DNA of 64,000 bases from Octopus vulgaris. Its lineage: Eukaryota. The stretch spans positions 17,484,001 through 17,548,000 of the forward strand of contig OX597835.1 in NCBI GenBank assembly GCA_951406725.2. The letters run 5' to 3'. The notes below the pieces were generated by a model. The model ran no database searches. It was given only the letters and a program-made list of their open reading frames with translations, and was not told the origin of the DNA. Position numbers and translations under genes: made by a program. Positions 57,965-64,000 of this stretch are shown in pieces (the first letter of the stretch is position 1; each line of letters begins with the position of its first letter).

Positions 57965-57996
<32 letters not shown>

Positions 57997-58508
57997 CGCA
58001 CACACGCACACACAAACATATTCACACACAAGCACACATACACAAACAAGGATATGTACGCGTACATATCTGTTCACATGCAAAACATACCTGTAAAACA
58101 ACAACTAAACATATACAAACTATTATATCAACACACACATACACAAACACACACAATTTACACATAAATGCACAAAGGAGAAAACATATATATATATATA
58201 TATACACGCGCGCAAACACACACATAAATACATATACATATGCAAACACACGCATTTGCATACACCCGCACGTATATTCACGCAGATACTCACACATATG
58301 ACATATGCTTCTTCAAACACAATCACACAGAACACGCAGATATATACACACATACACACATGTAATATATACAAGCTAAACACGTATATACACAGATATG
58401 TTACACAGATATATTCAAATATGCATATGCATGCAAATACCCGGAATGCATACTGGTAGAAAGATATGTACGCAGATATATATATATATATAAAAAGAAA
58501 CATTCAAA

Positions 58509-58571
<63 letters not shown>

Positions 58572-58804
58572 ATGTGTGTGTGTGTGTGTATTTGTATATA
58601 TATGCACATGAAACGATGTACACAATTATACTTAGGCATAGACATACACAAGTGCACAGATACAGATGCATACACACGCATAGATAAATTTATAAACGAG
58701 AGTTACTCACAAATATACACAAATACGCATTCATATGTATATGTGTATAATTACACATATATATACATATATACGCATGCACACACATACATACATACAC
58801 GCGC

Positions 58805-58836
<32 letters not shown>

Positions 58837-59249
58837 GGACAGTTTTTCCTTGAAAACTCCACCTCCATCGCTTCATCTCTCTCTCTCTCTCAATATCGCA
58901 CCTAATCTCTTTCATCTACCTCTTTCTCTCTCCTCTCTTTCTCACTCTTTCAGTTTTCTATCTCTTTGTCTGCCTCTTTCTCTCTATCATTCTCTTCTAC
59001 GCTTTTCCTTTTCCGTTCTTTCATCAGTCGAGGGAAAAGAAAAAAAGACAGTAAAAATGAAAACACGAATGAAAGGAAAATGACAGCCCCACCCCCAACG
59101 AAAGAACCAACCAACCAACCAACCAACCAACCAGCCGACTGAACTACCGATCTGCGAAGAGACACACAAACAAATAAACAAAACATTTCGGAATTAAATT
59201 TGCTGCTATGTTGACTGAGCTGAGCTGACAAAGACCTGCATATCAAAAT

Positions 59250-59440
59250 GCGTGACCCTAGAAAAAGAACATGAAAATGGAGAATAACTATGATTAGAAC
59301 TTTGGGTCACCGCACTAAACCTGTTCCCTAATCTACTGTGGAGAGGTCACGTCAACCTTCAGCGAAACAAATACGTCCTCAGGTCATAGATATCAATATT
59401 ACATCGCTGGCGATGTAATATTTTCGAAGAGGTTCATTCG
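59250..59440. promoter_or_regulatory. Nuclear-receptor half-site cluster and a 13-bp perfect inverted repeat
   Basis: TGACCC 59253, GGGTCA 59304, AGGTCA 59344, AGGTCA 59381, GGTTCA 59431; AATATTACATCGC-TG-GCGATGTAATATT at 59395-59422. Confidence 0.35.
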
Positions 59441-59789
59441 TTTACCGAGGTTTGTTGAAGCAATCATTTTATTAACAGTTTACAGTTGCTCGCCAGAATG
59501 GTTTAATATTTGCTTGCAACATTTGCAGACGTAGCAGTCTGGTTAACATGCTCAGCTTTGCTTTAGACCTACGTTGTTTGATACCATTAAGCATCCTCTT
59601 GGTTAAAGATGGGCCCCTTTCTACCGTGGCCTGGGATCAGCTAAACCTTTGAATGGATCATGAGTAGCCGGAAACCCGTCAAATGAAATGAAATCGAGAG
59701 AGTAAAGCTTAATAGGTTGAGAGAGATTGCTGGTTCGTTTATCGGTTCGTTATCTCTCGTTTACGTCTTGCTATCACTCGTTAGACAGT

Positions 59790-59990
59790 GAAGGCGCATG
59801 GCTCAGTGGTTAGAGCGTCGAGCTTACGATCGTGAGGTTATCAGTTCGATTCCCGGAGCGGGCTGCGTATTGTGTTCTTGAGCAAGACAATTTGTTTCAC
59901 GTTGCTCCAGTTAACTTAGCTGTAGAGATGAGTTGCAACATCACTGGTGCCAAGCTGTATCGGCCCCTCTGCCTTTCCCTTGGATAACAT
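59790..59990 (+). mobile_element. SINE family C variant
   Basis: GAAGGCGCATGGCTCAGTGGTTAGAGCG...AGTTCGATTCC...TCTTGAGCAAGACA. Confidence 0.88.
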
Positions 59991-59996
59991 ATGTGT

Positions 59997-60038
<42 letters not shown>

Positions 60039-60085
60039 CTACGAGAGGCCTTTTATCTGTTTCCATATACTATATCCACTGACAG

Positions 60086-60466
60086 TGGAGGCGCAATGGC
60101 CCAGTGGTTAGGGCAGCGGACTCGCGGTCGTAGGATCGCGGTTTCCATTCCCAGACCGGGCGTTGTGAGTGTTTATTGAGCGAAAACACCTAAAGCTCCA
60201 CGAGGCTCCGGCAGGGGATGGTGGTGATCCCTGCTGTACTCTTTCACCACAACTTTCTCTCACTCTTACTTCCTGTTTCTGTTGTACCTGTATTTCAAAG
60301 GGCCGGCCTTGTCACTCTCTGTGTCACGCTGAATATCCCCGGGAACTACGTTAAGAGTACACGTGTCTGTGGAGTGCTCAACCACTTGCACGTTAATTTC
60401 ACGAGCAGTCTGTTCCGTTGATCGGATCAACCGGAACCCTCGTCGTCGTAACCGACGGAGTGCTTC
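60086..60466 (+). mobile_element. SINE family C, full length, 10-bp TSD
   Basis: TCCACTGACA at 60075-60084 and 60469-60478; intact tRNA-like head and tail. Confidence 0.93.
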
Positions 60467-61369
60467 CGTCCACTGACAAACTTTAGTCGGGCAGGTGTCT
60501 TCTGCTTCCCGTTGTGCGACTGAATATGGAACCTTGTGGTTGGGAATTAGATTTTCTGCGATCGAGCTACGACTATATCTGTCGTTTATATAAGAATGTA
60601 TATAACGAGTTTAATCGAGATACAGTAGTTATTTCTTGTAAAGCAAGCCAGGATATAGATATTTCTGCCGTTGTTGTCAAATTCGTTTCTAGACAGTAAC
60701 AGCTGCGGTCAGGAATTTTCTCTGATCGAAGACAACTATAATAAAATGACGTGTGTCCAGATTTGTAGTCAGAAGTGTGTTGCCATTGGCATAACGCATC
60801 GAATAAGTCCGTTTTTGACATCGATGAAAATCTGGTGAAAAAATGCTATCTCCTTTAGATAAATGTGGATAATTACATGTTTTATGAAAGTATAAAGCAG
60901 GAATCAAGCTGAGAAAATTAATTGCATCTCAGCACGTAGAATAAATAGTAGGAAAACATTGGCTGGACTAGAGATTGGTGTCAGCTATAATAGGTCACGG
61001 AACTACCACTAGAAACTTTATTGGACTTATGAATGGAACCAAAATCTCTAAATAGACACACGTCCGCGCACACACGCATACACACACACACCTACACATA
61101 CACGTAAACGAACATTATACTATTGTATTTCAAAAGATGTCACCATGCTACTCAGACCGTCGACAGTATCCGGAACAATGCAATAGTTTTTAATGTATTC
61201 ATACTCATACATACAAACATACATACAAACATACATACATACATACATAGTTACATACATACATACATACAAACATACATACATAGTTACATACATACAT
61301 ACATACATACATACAGGTGTGTGTGTGTGTGTGCGCGTGTGTGCGTGCGTGTGTGTGTGTGTATGGTAT

Positions 61370-62290
61370 TTACTGAAACGTTCATAGGCTGGATATGAAG
61401 GATTGATGCTAAAGGTGAGATAATCGCGTATGCTTCCTTTTCAAATTCACTTTGCTGGTTTCCAGTTAAACTGACACCTGACTTTTCAACGAATATTTCC
61501 AAGGTAACAAATAACGAATTCTCTTGAAAATGGACAATATTTGGCATCAAGTATCTGCAGAAAAAAGGTTTAGCCCCCAACGACATTCATGCTGGTTGCA
61601 AAAATACTAGATGGCGCTCCAGCTTCACTAACAATCCAAAAATAGGAAGCTGCATTTCGCAGAAGAAGGGATTGTCTTGGAGATAACTCAAGGTCTGGAT
61701 ACCCTACAACTGCTAACAGCAAGGAAAACATTGTTTGTGTTCGCCACAGGGTGATGAGCGACAGGCGGTTGCTTGTATATTAAATAGCCAATGCTGTTTG
61801 CATCTCTCGTCGCAGAGTCGAGAATATTCTGTATAAATAACCTGGCATGACAAAGAATTCTGTCCCGTCTTCTGACACCTGACCAAAACTTCATTAGGGC
61901 GATCACATTATGCGAAAATCTGACATTCTTTGAGATAGATCCAGGTGGTTTCCTTGAACATATCCTCACCCAGAATGACTGTTGATCTTCTCACTTTCAG
62001 CCAGAGACAAAAAGACAATCTTTGTACTGGAAACACTCTTTCTCACCAGTTCCAAAGAAAGCCAAGGCCGTTTCGTCAGTAGGGAAGATGATGGCCTCAG
62101 TTTATTGGGATGAAAATGCCGTGTGTAACTATGGCTCTGAACCGATTGACAACCCTCCTTTTCTCCTGATTTGGCTCCATCTAACTACCATCCATTCCCC
62201 AACATTAAAAAAACTCACCTGGCCGAGGACATGTATCACATTGATGATGATGTCATACCTAGTGCCCCAAATATTATTGGGATGAATATG
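61370..62290 (+). mobile_element. Decayed, internally deleted mariner transposase
   Basis: Fragments KYLQKKGLAPNDIH, VPRLLTPDQ-like, QPETKRQSLYWKH...PKKAKAVSSVGKMMASVYWD and SPDLAPSNY. Confidence 0.88.
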
Positions 62291-62419
62291 AAATCATAGT
62301 CTGGATATGTATGTATGTACGTACGTACGTATGTATGTATGTATGTATGTATGCATGTATGTATGTATGTATGTATGTATGTATGTATGTATGTATGCAT
62401 GTATTTGTGTATATATGTG

Positions 62420-62662
62420 GGGGCACCGCCATGAATAATTTTAGTCGAAAGTATCGATGCTACAACGCATTTTCAAGGCCAGATACTTGACAAGCGGTAG
62501 AGGGAGATAAACATACGCACACAGAAGATGGGCTTCTTTCAGTTTCCAACTACCAAGTTCACGTAAAGCGCTTTAGTGGGCCCGACGCAATAGTCAAAGG
62601 CAAATTTTTCAGCTGCCGCGCAGTGGGACTGAACCCGGGACCATGTACTGGGAAGCAGCTCT
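62420..62662 (-). mobile_element. SINE family A, degraded
   Basis: GGGCTTCTTTCAGTTTCC...CGCAGTGGGACTGAACCCGGGACCATGT. Confidence 0.75.
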
Positions 62663-63201
62663 CAATTAATTTAGATCGACTCACATAGTTTTCAAGTTCT
62701 GGAAATACAGGCAAATATTGCCCCAAATTCTGCAAACCATTTCGTCTAGTACCACTTACACCTTCTCCATTAAGCCAATGGCTTTCGTGAAAATGGGTGG
62801 TGGCGCTGGTGTTGCTGATGGTGACGATGGTGAGTAATGGTGATGGAGGTAGCGGTGGTTTTTGGTGTTGCTGATGGTGGGGTAAAAATAATATGATTTA
62901 CAGAAAAGAGTTTCATCTAAATGTGATTTTCACATGAGAAAGCGGGAGGAGAGGAGTATGTGTGTACGGAATGTTTCAAGTTTGGAATCATAATTACAGG
63001 AGTTGAACATTTTCCAAAAAAAAGAAAAAAAAGAAAAAAGAAAACAGAAAAAAAATACAAAAAGAAAGAAACATAATTGCAAGGCAATGGTTCTGCTGTA
63101 TTGAGAAGTGTTTTAGTCAATATTTTAACACAACCAACCATTTCCCGCTAGGAGCGTGTGTGTATCAACATATATATATGTATATATATATTTACACACA
63201 C

Positions 63202-63246
<45 letters not shown>

Positions 63247-63488
63247 CACACAAACACATTTACGTATGCAGACACGCACTTGCACACACACACGCACACA
63301 CACATATATATACATATACGCACATATACATGTACATACGTACACACACATTTAGGCACACATAACTATACATACACAGACACACGTCTACGTTCAAATA
63401 TATACACCTACGTACCTATAAATATGTATGTACATACACTTACATGCATGCATACATATATATATTAACATGCATATTTACATACATG

Positions 63489-63530
<42 letters not shown>

Positions 63531-63619
63531 CACTCATGCACAAACATACACATACATGTATATATATGTACCAATAATTATGTATACATAATTGTATATA
63601 TAAATATGTATTTGTATAC

Positions 63620-63667
<48 letters not shown>

Positions 63668-64000
63668 CATGTTTGTGTATGTAAGTAGGTTTTATATATG
63701 AATGTGTGTATATACAAACACAGTAATGTACACACGCACGTACAAAGATATATTGTTATGAAAAGTATACACAGTATCAAAGTGAAAAGAGTGTCTGTGA
63801 GTTCGCTCAAAGCTGGCTCTGAACTCTGTTACTTACAAGGAAAAGAGATTCTTCGCCACGAAACTATCAAAATGAACGCGTGATCGCAACCAAAGCAATC
63901 GAGCGATTAGCCTAGTTCAAAGCTTACTTATGACTGACAGTAGATCAATGGAAACCAAGTATTAGATAAGAAGAATATGTGTATGTATATATGTATATGT

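Noticed and set aside
60086-60160. tRNA genes (also at 22386, 25487 and 59790)
   Set aside because: A and B boxes are present but continue into SINE bodies, with TSDs visible at some copies, and there is no complete cloverleaf.

Overview
Eukaryotic, AT-rich, microsatellite-saturated DNA. The (TA)n/(CATA)n/(TAA)n density and the tRNA-derived SINE families strongly resemble an Octopus (coleoid cephalopod) intergenic or intronic region; this is recognition, not a database result. No intact protein-coding gene can be supported, and almost all supplied ORFs are translated microsatellites. The window contains three SINE families in many copies, decayed mariner transposases, a CR1/L2-like RT remnant, 3' fragments of restriction-like-endonuclease (R4/Dong-type) LINEs, an RTE 3' fragment, a TIR/TSD-bounded MITE carrying telomere-like repeats, a 72-bp minisatellite, and short (TA)n-embedded Penelope-like relics. 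The most notable signal is a minimal type I hammerhead ribozyme on the minus strand (intact at 36344-36381, degenerate at 17074-17110) with a variant CCGAUGA core and a palindromic stem III. Other leads: mobile-element families appear to sort by microsatellite class; there is a possible spliced minus-strand non-coding transcript (about 20.7 kb to 11.7 kb); and two motif-dense islands may be regulatory. Coordinates of decayed repeats are approximate.
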